From assembly GCA_963792965.1 (NCBI GenBank), contig CAWBYW010000007.1, positions 512,001 through 576,000 on the forward strand: a stretch of 64,000 nt of DNA, read 5' to 3'. The notes beneath the pieces were generated by a model. That model was not told the origin of the DNA, did not search any database, and saw only the letters and a list, made by a program, of their open reading frames with translations. The stretch comes from an uncultured delta proteobacterium (GTDB taxonomy: Bacteria; Desulfobacterota; Zymogenia; Zymogenales; Zymogenaceae). A program made the translations under genes and the position numbers. The stretch's first letter is position 1. Each line of letters starts with the position of its first letter. Positions 8,962 to 19,958 of the stretch are shown here, piece after piece.

Positions 8962-10074
8962 CTACTGAAACAGGTCTTTCACCTTCTCGAAGAAGCCCCT
9001 CGTCTCGGGATGGGTCTCGTCCCGGCTGTCCTTTAGGAAGTCTTCGAGAAGCTCCTTCTGACGTCGGGTGAGCTTTGTGGGTGTCTCCACCCGGATGACG
9101 ATATGTTGATCCCCGCGGCCGTATCCGGAAAGATGGGGGACTCCCTTCCCTTTCAGGACCAACACCTCCCCCGACTGAATACCCGGCTTTATCTTCATCT
9201 TCACAAGCCCCTCGATCGTCGGCACCTCAATCTCGGTACCAAGGGCCGCCTCGGGGAAGGTGATCGGAACGGGGACGACGATCGTGCTCCCGTCCCGGGT
9301 AAAGATCGAATGCGGCCTGACTTCGATCACGACGTAGAGATCGCCTGGCGGGGCGCCGCCACTCCCGCTCTCCCCCTCGCCTGAGAGCCTCAGCCTCGTC
9401 CCGGTCTCCACGCCGTGGGGGACCTTGACGGTGAGCGTCCTGGTCTTTTTGACCCTGCCGGCGCCCTTGCACTCCGTACAGGGACTCTTCACGATCCTCC
9501 CGGATCCCCGGCACTGATTGCAGGTACGGCTTATCGCGAAAAACCCCTGCTGCGTACGAATCTGCCCCGTCCCGCGGCACGTGGGGCAGGTCTCGGGCTT
9601 CGTGCCCGGCTCGGCTCCATTGCCGCCGCAGCGCCCGCAGGCCTCATGGCGCGGCACCTGGATCTTGGCGTCGACGCCGAAAACCGCCTCATTGAAATCG
9701 ATGGTGAGGTGGTACCTCAGGTCGGCCCCGCGGGCACCCCGCGAGCCCCTGCGGCCCATGCCGAAGATATCGCCGAACACGTCTGAAAAGATATCTTCGA
9801 AGCCACGAAAACCGAAGTCGGCATCCCTGAACCCGCCCGACCCGCCGCCGGAGAAGGCCGCGTGCCCGAACCGGTCATAGAGGTCCCTCTTTTCGGGATC
9901 CGACAGGACCACGTATGCCTCGTTAAGCTCTTTAAATCTCTCTTCGGCCGATTTATCGCCGGAGTTCTTGTCGGGATGATACTTGAGCGCGAGTCTTCGG
10001 TAGGCCTTCTTGATCTCCTCTTGTGCGGCGTTCCGCTGAATGCCGAGGATCTCGTAGTAATCGTTTTTGTCCAA
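8962..10074 (-). CDS. dnaJ: Chaperone DnaJ
   Basis: J-domain HPD, G/F region, four CxxCxGxG repeats. TTG start. Confidence 0.97.
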   Translation of the reverse strand: MDKNDYYEILGIQRNAAQEEIKKAYRRLALKYHPDKNSGDKSAEERFKELNEAYVVLSDPEKRDLYDRFGHAAFSGGGSGGFRDADFGFRGFEDIFSDVFGDIFGMGRRGSRGARGADLRYHLTIDFNEAVFGVDAKIQVPRHEACGRCGGNGAEPGTKPETCPTCRGTGQIRTQQGFFAISRTCNQCRGSGRIVKSPCTECKGAGRVKKTRTLTVKVPHGVETGTRLRLSGEGESGSGGAPPGDLYVVIEVRPHSIFTRDGSTIVVPVPITFPEAALGTEIEVPTIEGLVKMKIKPGIQSGEVLVLKGKGVPHLSGYGRGDQHIVIRVETPTKLTRRQKELLEDFLKDSRDETHPETRGFFEKVKDLFQ

Positions 10075-10238
10075 CGCAGATACGTCCCTTCTATCTTAAA
10101 GACACCCCGTCGGGGCGTGAAGATGTAAGCAAAATAACAGAGAGCAAAACGCGGCCGCACCCGACGCCGGACAGGCCGGTTATGCGGCCGATTTCCCGCA
10201 TCGTATCGTCTTACGGACCGAATAGTCGAATCGTCGCG

Positions 10239-12167
10239 CTACTTCTTCACCTCTTCAAAATCCGCATCCACCACGTCATCTCCGCCGCCTTTCTGTCCCT
10301 TTCCCGCCTCACCCGCACCCGGCTGCGGACCCGCCTCGGGCCCGGAAGGACCTGCCCCTTTAGCCGCCTGCGAGTAAATCATCTCGGCAAGCTTGTGAGA
10401 TGCCTGGGTGAGATCTTTTGTGGCCGCCCTGATGGCGTCGGCATCTGTTCCCTCCATCGCCTTCTTTGTCCTGGAGAGAGCCGCCTCAAGATCGGACTTG
10501 GCGGCCGCGTCGAGCTTGTTCCCGAATTCCGCCATCGATTTTTCGGTGGTATAGACCAGCCCATCGGCTTCGTTGTGCGCCTCGACAAGGTCCTTCTTTT
10601 TCTTATCCTCTTCCACGTGAGACTCGGCATCCTTGACCAGCCGTTGTATCTCTTCCTCGGAAAGGCCGCTTGAAGCGGTTATCCGGATGGACTGCTCCTT
10701 TCCGGTGCCGAGGTCCTTTGCAGAGACGTGCATGATCCCATTAGCGTCGATGTCAAAGGTGACCTCGATCTGGGGGATGCCGCGCGGGGCCGGCGGAATC
10801 CCGACGAGGTCGAACCTCCCGATCGTCTTGTTGTCCGATGCCATTTCCCGCTCCCCCTGCAACACGTGGATAGAGACCGCCGTCTGGCTGTCGGCCGCGG
10901 TAGAGAAGATCTGGCTCTTCTTGGTCGGAATCGTGGTGTTTTTCTCGATTAACCTCGTGGAAACGCCGCCGAGGGTCTCGATCCCGAGTGACAGCGGCGT
11001 GACGTCAAGGAGCAGCACGTCCTTGACCTCTCCTCGAAGGACTCCGCCCTGGATGGCGGCGCCCATCGCCACCACCTCGTCGGGGTTGACCCCCTTATGG
11101 GGCTCCTTGCCGAAGATATCCCTGACCTTTTTCTGTACCTTGGGCATACGGGTCATGCCACCCACGAGGATCACCTCGTCTACGTCGGACGGCGACATTC
11201 CCGCGTCCTTGAGCGCCGTGCGGCACGGCCCTTCCACCTTCTGGATCAGGGCGTCCACCAGGGCCTCAAGTTTTGCCCGCGTCAGCTTGATATTGAGATG
11301 TTTGGGTCCCGAGGCGTCCGCCGTGATGAAAGGAAGGTTAATGTCGGTCTCCATGGAGGTGGACAGCTCCATCTTCGCTTTTTCGCCGGCCTCTTTCAGC
11401 CTCTGGAGAGCCATCTTGTCGCCCCGCAGGTCGATCCCCTGATCTCTCTTGAACTCGTCGGCCAGGTATTTTATGATTTCCTGATCGAAGTCCTCCCCCC
11501 CGAGGTGGGTATCTCCGTTGGTCGACTTTACCTCGAAAACGCCGTCGCCCAGCTCCAGGATGGAGATATCAAACGTCCCGCCGCCGAGATCAAAGACGGC
11601 GATTTTCTCATCCTTTTTTCTCTCCAGCCCGTAGGCCAGGGACGCGGCCGTCGGTTCATTGATAATACGAAGGACGTTCAGGCCCGCGATCCTGCCGGCA
11701 TCCTTGGTCGCCTGCCGCTGGCTGTCGTTGAAGTAGGCCGGGACGGTCACAACCGCGTCGCTGATCGGCTCGCCGAGGTAATCCTCGGCGGTTTGCTTCA
11801 TCTTAGTCAAGATCATCGCGGAGATTTCCGCGGGGCTGTATCCCTTATCGCCGATGGTAACCTGGGCATCGCCGTTATCTGCTTTCGTGATCTTATAGGA
11901 GTAGATCTTGACATCCTTCTGAACCTCGGGATCCTCATATTTCCTGCCGATGAGCCGCTTTACCGCGTAGACGGTCCGCTCGGGATTCGTGATCGCCTGC
12001 CTTTTGGCGACTTGGCCTACGATTCGCTCGTTATTGTCGGTAAAGGCGACCATCGAAGGGGTGGTTCGGCTCCCCTCGGCGTTGGTGATCACCTTGGGCT
12101 CACCGGCCTCCATTACGGCGACGCACGAATTGGTCGTCCCGAGATCTATTCCGATAACCTTTGCCAT
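10239..12167 (-). CDS. dnaK: Chaperone DnaK (Hsp70)
   Basis: [26 protein letters not shown]-terminal DADFEEV. Confidence 0.99.
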   Translation of the reverse strand: MAKVIGIDLGTTNSCVAVMEAGEPKVITNAEGSRTTPSMVAFTDNNERIVGQVAKRQAITNPERTVYAVKRLIGRKYEDPEVQKDVKIYSYKITKADNGDAQVTIGDKGYSPAEISAMILTKMKQTAEDYLGEPISDAVVTVPAYFNDSQRQATKDAGRIAGLNVLRIINEPTAASLAYGLERKKDEKIAVFDLGGGTFDISILELGDGVFEVKSTNGDTHLGGEDFDQEIIKYLADEFKRDQGIDLRGDKMALQRLKEAGEKAKMELSTSMETDINLPFITADASGPKHLNIKLTRAKLEALVDALIQKVEGPCRTALKDAGMSPSDVDEVILVGGMTRMPKVQKKVRDIFGKEPHKGVNPDEVVAMGAAIQGGVLRGEVKDVLLLDVTPLSLGIETLGGVSTRLIEKNTTIPTKKSQIFSTAADSQTAVSIHVLQGEREMASDNKTIGRFDLVGIPPAPRGIPQIEVTFDIDANGIMHVSAKDLGTGKEQSIRITASSGLSEEEIQRLVKDAESHVEEDKKKKDLVEAHNEADGLVYTTEKSMAEFGNKLDAAAKSDLEAALSRTKKAMEGTDADAIRAATKDLTQASHKLAEMIYSQAAKGAGPSGPEAGPQPGAGEAGKGQKGGGDDVVDADFEEVKK

Positions 12168-12200
12168 GTTACTCCTCCTTCATCATCACGATGTACTATT

Positions 12201-12989
12201 CTATTTATCATCGTCTTTAAGTTTGCGTGTGGATTTATCTTCACCGTTCCCTTCCCCATCGACAACGTATTCCTCATCCCCCCACGGCGACTCCTTCGAA
12301 GCTTCGGGTTCTTTAGACATACCGTCCTCGTCCTTGACCGACACACCGACCATCGACGGTCTGATGAGACGGCCGTTGAGGAGATAACCTTTTGAGATCT
12401 CGGACACGACGGTATTGGGCGGCGCGGCGTTCGTCTTGACCTGCATCAGCGCCTGATGGAAGTTGGGGTCAAACGGCTCTCCGAGCGCGGCGACTTCTTG
12501 GACCCCATATTTGACGAGAGTATCCATAAGCTGTTTCTGGACCATCTTCACTCCCTCTAAGATGGCTCCCGAGTTCTGATCATCCTCACCGTGCGACAGA
12601 GCGCGATCGAGGTTGTCGATCACCGGGATCAACGCCTTGATGAGCTCCTCGTTGGCGAACTTCCGGTTATCCTCGACTTCCTTCATTATCCGTTTCCTGA
12701 AGTTGTCAAGCTCGGCCACGGAGCGGACGTAGAGGTCGTAGTTGTTCTTGGCCTCCTCTCTGGATTTCTTCAGGTCGGCAAGCAACGGGCCGTGGTCCTG
12801 TGCGCGCTCCTCCTTACGCCCCCCGGACGAACCCCCCCGTTCGGGTTCCGATGCTTCCCTGTCGCCGCCGTCCGGGAGCTCTTCCCCTTCGATCTCCGAC
12901 ATCGTCTTGTCGAGCTCCTCCTGCGATACCTCCCCACCATGAGGACCGGCCTTTTTTGGGTGGTGTTCCCTCTTTTCCTTTTCTGCCAT
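12201..12989 (-). CDS. grpE: Nucleotide exchange factor GrpE
   Basis: AELDNFRKR, DNLDRAL, FDPNFHQA, GYLLNGRLIRPSMV. Confidence 0.95.
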   Translation of the reverse strand: MAEKEKREHHPKKAGPHGGEVSQEELDKTMSEIEGEELPDGGDREASEPERGGSSGGRKEERAQDHGPLLADLKKSREEAKNNYDLYVRSVAELDNFRKRIMKEVEDNRKFANEELIKALIPVIDNLDRALSHGEDDQNSGAILEGVKMVQKQLMDTLVKYGVQEVAALGEPFDPNFHQALMQVKTNAAPPNTVVSEISKGYLLNGRLIRPSMVGVSVKDEDGMSKEPEASKESPWGDEEYVVDGEGNGEDKSTRKLKDDDK

Positions 12990-12996
12990 GCTCCCG

Positions 12997-14034
12997 TTAC
13001 TCCTCATCTAATATTCTCGTGATCAAGTTCGCGGTAAAGTCGACGATCGGAATCACTTTCGCATAATCCAATCGAGTCGGACCGATGACGCCGATACTTC
13101 CAAGGATATGCCCCTCCTTGCGGTAGGGCGACGCGACCAGGGTGCAGTCCCTCATGTTCTGGATGTTGCTCTCCGAGCCGATGAAGACCTTGACGCCGCT
13201 GGCCCGTGCCACCTTGTCGAGGAGCTTAATGAGGTGATGCTTATTCTCGAACGCTTTGAAAATCTTCTTCATCGTCACGATTTCGGTAAATTCGGGGTAG
13301 TCGAAGATGTAGGTGCTCCCCTCGATGTGGAGATCGTCTTCGGTGATCTCGGCGTCAAACACGTCCTTCGACATGGTGAGGGCGTTCACGAGGATCTTGT
13401 CGTAGAGGTTCTTCTCGCTCTGCATCTCCTGGAGGATCTTCTTTCTCACGTCTTTGAGTGTCAGCTCGGACAGCGTATCGTTGAGGTACCGGGACATCCA
13501 GTTGAGTTTTTCCTGGCTGAATTCCTCTTCGTTGTGAATCAATTTGTTGTAGATCATCCCGGTTTTCGAGACCAGCACGGCCAGGATCTGGCTGTCGGAG
13601 ATCTTCACAAAATCGATATACTTGAATATTGTCTCCGAAAAACCGAGCGTGCTCACCATCGAGACGCAGCGGGACATCTCAGATAGGACACGCGAGGTCT
13701 CCCTGACGACGTCCTTGATCTCGTGGCTGCTCGGCTTCAGGCTCGTCTCTATCTGGCGTCCTTCTTCTTCGGAGAGGTCCGTCACCTCAACGAGGCTGTC
13801 GACATAAAATCGATAGGCCCTTTCCGTAGGAACCCTCCCCGCGGAAGTATGGGGCTGCGTTAAGAAACCGATCTCCTCCAGATCGGCCATGATGTTCCTG
13901 ATGGTCGCCGGGCTCACGTCAAGGGTGCCGCGCTTGGAGATCGTTCGAGAGCCGACCGGATCGCCGGTTCGGATGAAGTCGGTTATAACGGCAAAGAGGA
14001 CGGCCTTGGCCCGTTCTGTCAATTCGCTGTCCAT
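12997..14034 (-). CDS. hrcA: Heat-inducible transcription repressor HrcA
   Basis: PVGSR, SPATIRNIMADLE, QPHTSAGRVPT, GVIGPTRLDY. Confidence 0.97.
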   Translation of the reverse strand: MDSELTERAKAVLFAVITDFIRTGDPVGSRTISKRGTLDVSPATIRNIMADLEEIGFLTQPHTSAGRVPTERAYRFYVDSLVEVTDLSEEEGRQIETSLKPSSHEIKDVVRETSRVLSEMSRCVSMVSTLGFSETIFKYIDFVKISDSQILAVLVSKTGMIYNKLIHNEEEFSQEKLNWMSRYLNDTLSELTLKDVRKKILQEMQSEKNLYDKILVNALTMSKDVFDAEITEDDLHIEGSTYIFDYPEFTEIVTMKKIFKAFENKHHLIKLLDKVARASGVKVFIGSESNIQNMRDCTLVASPYRKEGHILGSIGVIGPTRLDYAKVIPIVDFTANLITRILDEE

Positions 14035-14056
14035 ACATTCTCCTCTTTCCTTTACG

Positions 14057-14083
14057 TTAGCACTCCAAACACAAGAGTGCTAA
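14057..14083. promoter_or_regulatory. CIRCE upstream of the hrcA operon
   Basis: Perfect TTAGCACTC-CAAACACAA-GAGTGCTAA; minus-strand TTGACA(14118)-17-TATTTT promoter just upstream. Confidence 0.97.
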
Positions 14084-14255
14084 TAGTTAAAAATAACAAC
14101 GATACCGCCGTTTGTCAAGTCAAAAAACCAATCTTCTTGTCTCACTGCTTGACAACAACAACTCAATCTGATATGTGAAAAAAGCCCGTCCGTCCGACGG
14201 ATGCACGGTTTCTTCCGCTGGCACAGTTCATTTTCCACCGCACTGGAGGATTAGT

Positions 14256-15072
14256 ATGTCCGGTATTCTCTCCGATAAGGATTACGACAAATCGAAGGTA
14301 AAAGTCGAAACAAAGGGACAGAATTTCGTCATTACGCTGTCCCGGCCGGAAAAGCGAAATGCGCTGGACGCCGCCCTCATGTACGGGCTCCGGGATGCCG
14401 TCGATGGCGTCTATACCAACCCCGATATCAGGTCCATCATCATCAGGGGAGAGGGCAAGGGGTTTTCGGCGGGGGTCGATTTCGGGGCTCTGGCGGCCAC
14501 GGGCATCCTGAGCGTTTCCCCACCCGAGGTACGCAGGATCATCCGCGCGATGCAGGACGTGATCAACCTGATTTCCGATATCGAAAAGCCGGTGATCTTC
14601 GCGGTTCACGGTTTCTGCTTCGGCATGGCCACGGAGCTTATCCTTTCCGGAGACTTCCGGATCGCCCAGGTCGGTACGAAGATCGCCATACAGGAGACGG
14701 CCGTCGGATTCATTCCCGACGTCGGGGGCACCTCCCGTCTGACCAAGCTCATCGGGCCCATCAAGGCAAAGGAGCTCATTATGACGGCCAAGACCATCGA
14801 CGCCCAGGAGGCCAAGGCGATCCAGCTCTTTACCGATGTCGTGGACGATGCCTTTTGCCGGCGCGCTGTCGCTTGCCGAGGTGCTCAACAAAAATGCCCC
14901 TCTGGCCGTGGGGCTCGCCAAGCGGGTTATCAATCTGGGTCAGGCGCTCGATGTCAAGGCCTTCATGGACCTGGAGGCGATAGCCCAGACGAGCCTCGTC
15001 GGGACGCAGGATGTCAAAGAGGGTCTGACGGCAAAGATCGAAAAGCGTGACGCGAAATTCACGGGTAAGTAG
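14256..15072 (+). CDS. Enoyl-CoA hydratase/isomerase, frameshifted near 14853
   Basis: RPEKRNA, FSAGVD, KPVIFAVHG, GFIPDVGG. C-terminus (NAPLAV...KRDAKFTGK) is in another frame after a T run. Confidence 0.85.
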
Positions 15073-15163
15073 AGCGCGGCGGGAAAACATCTTTCCGTAA
15101 TCGGCCGCCGTCCGCACTGTCGGAAGGCGTGAGGGACCGCTCCCCATTTCGCCGGGGGCCTCT

Positions 15164-16055
15164 TTACCGTCGGCCCCGGTCCAGGGCTTTATACGCCTTC
15201 ATGAATTCGAAGGCTGTGTCGATATAGAAGTAGTACGTTTCTCCCCCGATGCTCCCGGCGATACGGTCGGCCATATCATTTGACTGATCAAACGGCCCCG
15301 TTATCGCGCCGGAGAGGTACTTCCCGTCGTACCCCTGCATGAAGTACCACTTCCCCCCATCCCGGAAGCACGCCACCGTGTGGGACTGCAGAAGCTTCTT
15401 CTTGTCCCGGTAGATATCCACCGTGAAGAGCCGGGCGAAGTAGCCGTTGAACTCGAGGGCCTCGACGATGAGCGCGGCGAAGTCCTCACAGTCGCCCCCC
15501 TTTAACGAGGATCGTCTCGTAGGGAGCCTGAAGGTAGTTCTTGCCGTCGTTCGGCTCCGGGATATATTTGAGGGCCTTCTGTGTGTAGTAGGCGCAGAGC
15601 TCCGGGGCGGAAAGCCGCGCGCGGATCTGTCCCCAGTCGTCCCAACGGGCCCCGGTACAGTCCCCCCAGGAGGTCTGGAGGAGCCGTGTGAGATCGTACG
15701 AGCCGAGGATGTCCCGGGCCGACTTCGGGTCCTTCGCGTAGAGCCACAACAGCGCCTCAAGCGGCGAGCAGTAGGCCCTCCCCTCGACGATCCCGGTGGC
15801 AAGGATCTTCTCGAAAGCCCCCTTATAGGCCCCTCCCCGATAGTCCGCCCAGAGCTCCGCCAGTCCCGCGGTGTACGGGGAGCCGGACGTGTTGAGCCCG
15901 GGGATCTTGACGAGCTCGGCGGCGAACTCTTCGTTACTATAGTGGATCTCGTTGAGGACTGCGTTATTATAGACGGGTACCTTCGCCTTGAAGGCCGCGC
16001 ACCCGAAGGAGAAGAAGAGAGCGAACAGGCCGGCACACACCATGAGCTTCTTCAT
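15164..16055 (-). CDS. Lipoprotein with transglutaminase-like cysteine protease domain, frameshifted near 15495
   Basis: Lipobox FSFGC; YLQAPYET..KGG joins GDCEDFA and SHTVA across a G run. Confidence 0.72.
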
Positions 16056-16153
16056 GCCCTCATCCTCTCCCAACACTTTTGTTCTGTCAAGGAAAAACGA
16101 CTTGCTTTTTTTCTCACAAATTACTATCATGTGCGCAAAAGGAGGAGGCACCC

Positions 16154-17285
16154 ATGACACATCCACTCTTCGCTGCATTTCCGAGTCTCGCGGTCGGGCT
16201 TCCCAACGTCTCCCACGACGCCAATCTCTCTCCCGTCATGCTCGGGACATATCCCACCCCCGTCGAGCGGCTGGCCGGCCTCGGAAAGGAGCTCGGGATA
16301 AAGAACCTCTTCATCAAGCGGGACGATAAGAGCTCGGACCTCTACGGCGGTAATAAGGTCAGGAAGCTCGAATTCATCCTCGGCGATGCCCTGAAGAAAA
16401 AGGCGACGCATACCATCGCCTTCGGCTTTTCCGGCTCCAACTTCACGCTGGCGACCGCGGTGTTCGCCCATAAGCTCGGCTTGAAACCGATATCGATTCA
16501 CCTGCCGCAGCCCAACGCGAAATACGTGAGAAAGAACCTCCTCTACCAGAAACTGGTCGGGGCGGAGCTCCACGAGTTTGAGAACATGCCCCTCACGATC
16601 GCGGGCACGCTGGCGATCACGGCCCGCTGCCTGCTACTGCAGCGGAAAGCTCCCCTATATCATCGCCGCCGGCGGATCGAGCCCGCTGGGCGTGATTGGC
16701 GGGATGAGCGGCGTCTGCGAGCTGAAAAAACAGATCGAGGCGGGGCACATACCCACGCCCGACATCATCTACGTCACGATCGGCTCCTCGGGCACCGCGG
16801 CAAGCCTCGCGCTCGGGGTCAAGGCCCTGGGCATCCCCGCACACGTGAGGGCGGTGCGGGTCTCCGACCTCCAGTACGCCTCCTTCGAGAAGGCCCGCGA
16901 GCTGGCCCACAAGGCCGCCCGAATCCTGGCGCCCTTCGAAGTCACGTTCGCCGGCCTCGAGCTCGATTCCAATGACCTTGAGGTGGTCCACAACTACATC
17001 GGGCCGGGCTACGCGCACTTCACCGAGAAGGGAATGGCGGCGGCCCGACTCTTCAAGAAGACCGATGGGATAGAGCTGGAGGGAACCTACACCGGCAAGA
17101 CCGCGGCGGCCCTCATCGACGACGCCCGAAAGGGCCTTCTCAAGGACAAGACCGTCCTCTTTTGGAATACCTACAATTCCGTGAAGTTCGAAGGAAAGAC
17201 CAAGGGGGTCGACTACCGGACGCTGCCGAAACCTTACCACCGCTACTTCGAACAGGAATACCAGCCGCTCGAGATAAAGGACTGA
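16154..17285 (+). CDS. PLP-dependent D-cysteine desulfhydrase/ACC deaminase family enzyme, frameshifted near 16645
   Basis: PTPV, KRDD, GGNKVRKLEF, SN; second frame carries GGSS, GSSGT, LEGTYTGK. Confidence 0.85.
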
Positions 17286-17297
17286 GTGTCGATACCG

Positions 17298-17335
17298 GTA
17301 GGGGGCGGTGGCGGCGTGCGTGACACCGCCCCTTT
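17298..17335. repeat. GTAG-tagged hairpin (REP-like or terminator) between convergent genes
   Basis: GTAG-GGGGCGGTG...CACCGCCCC-TTT. Confidence 0.5.
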
Positions 17336-18536
17336 ATTGTCTTTGTTTAGCGTCCTTAGTTCCGAGCCTTTCTCCCTCATCCGCATCCTTGGTGCGGCTT
17401 GTCCCCTTCTCCCTCAACGTGCTCTTACCTACGTCGCTCATGAGGCGGGCGATGTTTCTTGTGCCGGGGATGTTTTCCATGACGATCTTGATCGTTGCCG
17501 TGATCGGCACGGCCAAAAAGACCCCCACCACCCCCCAGAGCCACCCCCAGAAGGCCAGGGCAAACAGGATGACGAGAGGAGAGAGTTTCAGCTCCCTGCC
17601 CATAATGCGGGGCTCGACGTAATTGCCGAGAATCAACTGGATCGTGCCGAGGATGCCGAGCATTAAAAGCGCGGCGCTCGGAGAGAACTGGACCCCCACC
17701 ATCAACACCGGCAACACCACCGCCCCGTACGATCCGATATAGGGGATAAAGTGCAGCACGAATGCCGATACCCCCCAAAGGATAGAGAACTCCACCCCGC
17801 ACGCACCCAGAAGCCCCGCGAAGATGGCGCCGGAGACCGCGGCCATCGTCGTCTTGACCATGAGGTATTTCAGGACGTCCCGGTTGATGGTGGCCGCAAC
17901 CTCGAGGATTTTTTTTGATCGCGCCTCACCGTAGGCGTAGGCGACCCGGGCCGGAAAGCGCTCGACCTCAAGGAGGATGAAGATCATCAACAGAATCACC
18001 ACGAGTGCGTTTCCCACCACCCCAAACAGCGACCCGATGCTCCGTGTGACCAGCCCTTTGATCCGGTCGGAGCTGACATAGTCCGAGAGATCCAATCCCG
18101 ACGTCGTGATCTCATCCGTGCCGACGAGCTCATTGACGATCTTCATCCGGCCGAGGTAGTCCCCGAGCTGGACGATCTGCTGCTTGACCGTCTCTTCATA
18201 GACCGGGAGCTTCGTCATGAACACCTTGACGTTGAGCGAGATAAGCTTTCCCAGGAAAAAGCCGACGGCCGCGATCGCCACGAATATAATAAGATAGGCG
18301 ACGGGCCGCGGGAGGCGGAGCCTCACGAGGAAGCGCTCGATGGGGGAAAGAAGGATGCACAAGAAGACCGCTATCAACAGCGGCTTGAGTATCGGGCCCA
18401 GGCTCTTCAAAACGATCACGAGCAAGACCGCGAGGATCACGCCGATGCCGATCGCGATGAAGTTGAGGTTTCCCGTAAGATAGGTAAGCCACGGGACCCC
18501 AGCCCGCTTGCTGTGGTCGATTCGTTTTTCCGCCAT
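17334..18536 (-). CDS. AI-2E (PerM/UPF0118) family transporter
   Basis: Multiple TM segments, HFIPYIG, GNYVEPRIMG..LKLSP, FWGWLWG..G.FLAVP. Confidence 0.9.
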   Translation of the reverse strand: MAEKRIDHSKRAGVPWLTYLTGNLNFIAIGIGVILAVLLVIVLKSLGPILKPLLIAVFLCILLSPIERFLVRLRLPRPVAYLIIFVAIAAVGFFLGKLISLNVKVFMTKLPVYEETVKQQIVQLGDYLGRMKIVNELVGTDEITTSGLDLSDYVSSDRIKGLVTRSIGSLFGVVGNALVVILLMIFILLEVERFPARVAYAYGEARSKKILEVAATINRDVLKYLMVKTTMAAVSGAIFAGLLGACGVEFSILWGVSAFVLHFIPYIGSYGAVVLPVLMVGVQFSPSAALLMLGILGTIQLILGNYVEPRIMGRELKLSPLVILFALAFWGWLWGVVGVFLAVPITATIKIVMENIPGTRNIARLMSDVGKSTLREKGTSRTKDADEGERLGTKDAKQRQ

Positions 18537-18572
18537 GGGATTTCCATATGCCGGCGATGGGACCTGTCCGAA

Positions 18573-19787
18573 TTACGGACGAGGAGACCGCCGCACGCTA
18601 CCTGCCCGCTTCACCGTCTTCATGATCACGTCGCGGATGGGGATCGCCCTCTTTTCCTGCTCCTCTTCCTCTTTCCCCGCCCCCGCGCTCATGATGCGGG
18701 CGATGTTCCGGGTGCCGGGAAGATGCTCGAGGACAATCTTGATCGTGGATGTGATCGGCACAGCTAAGAACATCCCCGTGATCCCCCAGAGCCACCCCCA
18801 GAAGGCCAGCGAGATCAGCACGACCAGAGGGGAAAGGTTCAGGTGCCTGCCCATGAGGCGGGGCTGGATAATGTTGCCCAGCGCCACTTGGATCACGATG
18901 AGGACGATCAGTAGTATGAGCGCCGTGACGGGCGAAAACTGTACGAGGGCCATCATGACCGGGAGGAACGTGGCGATGTACGAGCCAAGGTAAGGTATGA
19001 AGTTGAGGAGAAAGGCCAGCACCCCCCAGAGGATCGCGAAGTCCTCCCCGATGACCGTCAGGATCACCGTGAACGACACCGCGATAGCAAGGTTGATGAG
19101 GGTCACCACACCGAGGTACTTGATGACACTCGCGTTTATCTTGTCGCCGATCGCCAGGATCTCCTCAGACTGCTCGGGGCCGTAGGCCCAACGGACGCGG
19201 TCCGGAAACTGGCCGACCTCAAGGAGGATAAAGATCATGAAGAAGATGACGACGAGCGTATCGGCGACGATTGAGACGAACGATCCGAGTCCCTGGCTTG
19301 CGGCGCTCGTAATCCTGCCAAGCGACACGTAGTCGGTCAGGGAAACCTTCGAGAGGTCCAGGCTCAGATCGAAGCCGAGCAGCTTGAAGGCCCCGTAGTG
19401 GGAGAAAAACTCGATGACCTGGGTGGTCAGCGCCCTCACCTTTGTCTCGTAGAGGGGGAAGTTGGTGACGAAGTCCGTGACGTTGGCGGAAATCAGGGCC
19501 CCCAGCACGTAGAAGAGCGAAAAGAGGGCGCCGAGCACCACGAGGTACGTGATCCCCCGCGGGATCTTGTACTTTGCCAGGAAGGTCCCCGCCGGATAGA
19601 TGAGGATGGAAAGGAAGATCGCTATGAAAAAGGGCTTGAGGATGGCCGCCAGGTCCCGCATGACGATGGCAAGCAGCACCGTCACCCCAACCGCCGCGGC
19701 GACGTGGATGACGGTGAGGGGGCGAGAGGGAGGAAGGGTTTCCGATGGATTCGGAGAGCCTTTCAGGATCGTCTTTTTTTGCGCCAT
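18573..19787 (-). CDS. AI-2E family transporter (tandem paralog)
   Basis: NFIPYLG, GNIIQPRLMG, LSPLVV, FWGWLWG. Confidence 0.9.
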   Translation of the reverse strand: MAQKKTILKGSPNPSETLPPSRPLTVIHVAAAVGVTVLLAIVMRDLAAILKPFFIAIFLSILIYPAGTFLAKYKIPRGITYLVVLGALFSLFYVLGALISANVTDFVTNFPLYETKVRALTTQVIEFFSHYGAFKLLGFDLSLDLSKVSLTDYVSLGRITSAASQGLGSFVSIVADTLVVIFFMIFILLEVGQFPDRVRWAYGPEQSEEILAIGDKINASVIKYLGVVTLINLAIAVSFTVILTVIGEDFAILWGVLAFLLNFIPYLGSYIATFLPVMMALVQFSPVTALILLIVLIVIQVALGNIIQPRLMGRHLNLSPLVVLISLAFWGWLWGITGMFLAVPITSTIKIVLEHLPGTRNIARIMSAGAGKEEEEQEKRAIPIRDVIMKTVKRAGSVRRSPRP

Positions 19788-19958
19788 TGGTGTACCTTTT
19801 TCACAAGATAAGAATGTGATGATATGAAAGAATGCTCGATTGTGCCCATATATAAAGGACGCTGATAGTCACCCGTTCCTATTCAGCGTCCCCCGTATAT
19901 TTCGGCATTCTTTAACATGGAGCACTCTCAGATGTGATCTGACTTTTGCTTTCGCCCT

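Noticed and set aside
10023-12395. Long antisense ORFs opposite dnaK and other genes
   Set aside because: Typical shadow frames in GC-rich coding DNA; no motifs, and fully overlapping confident genes.
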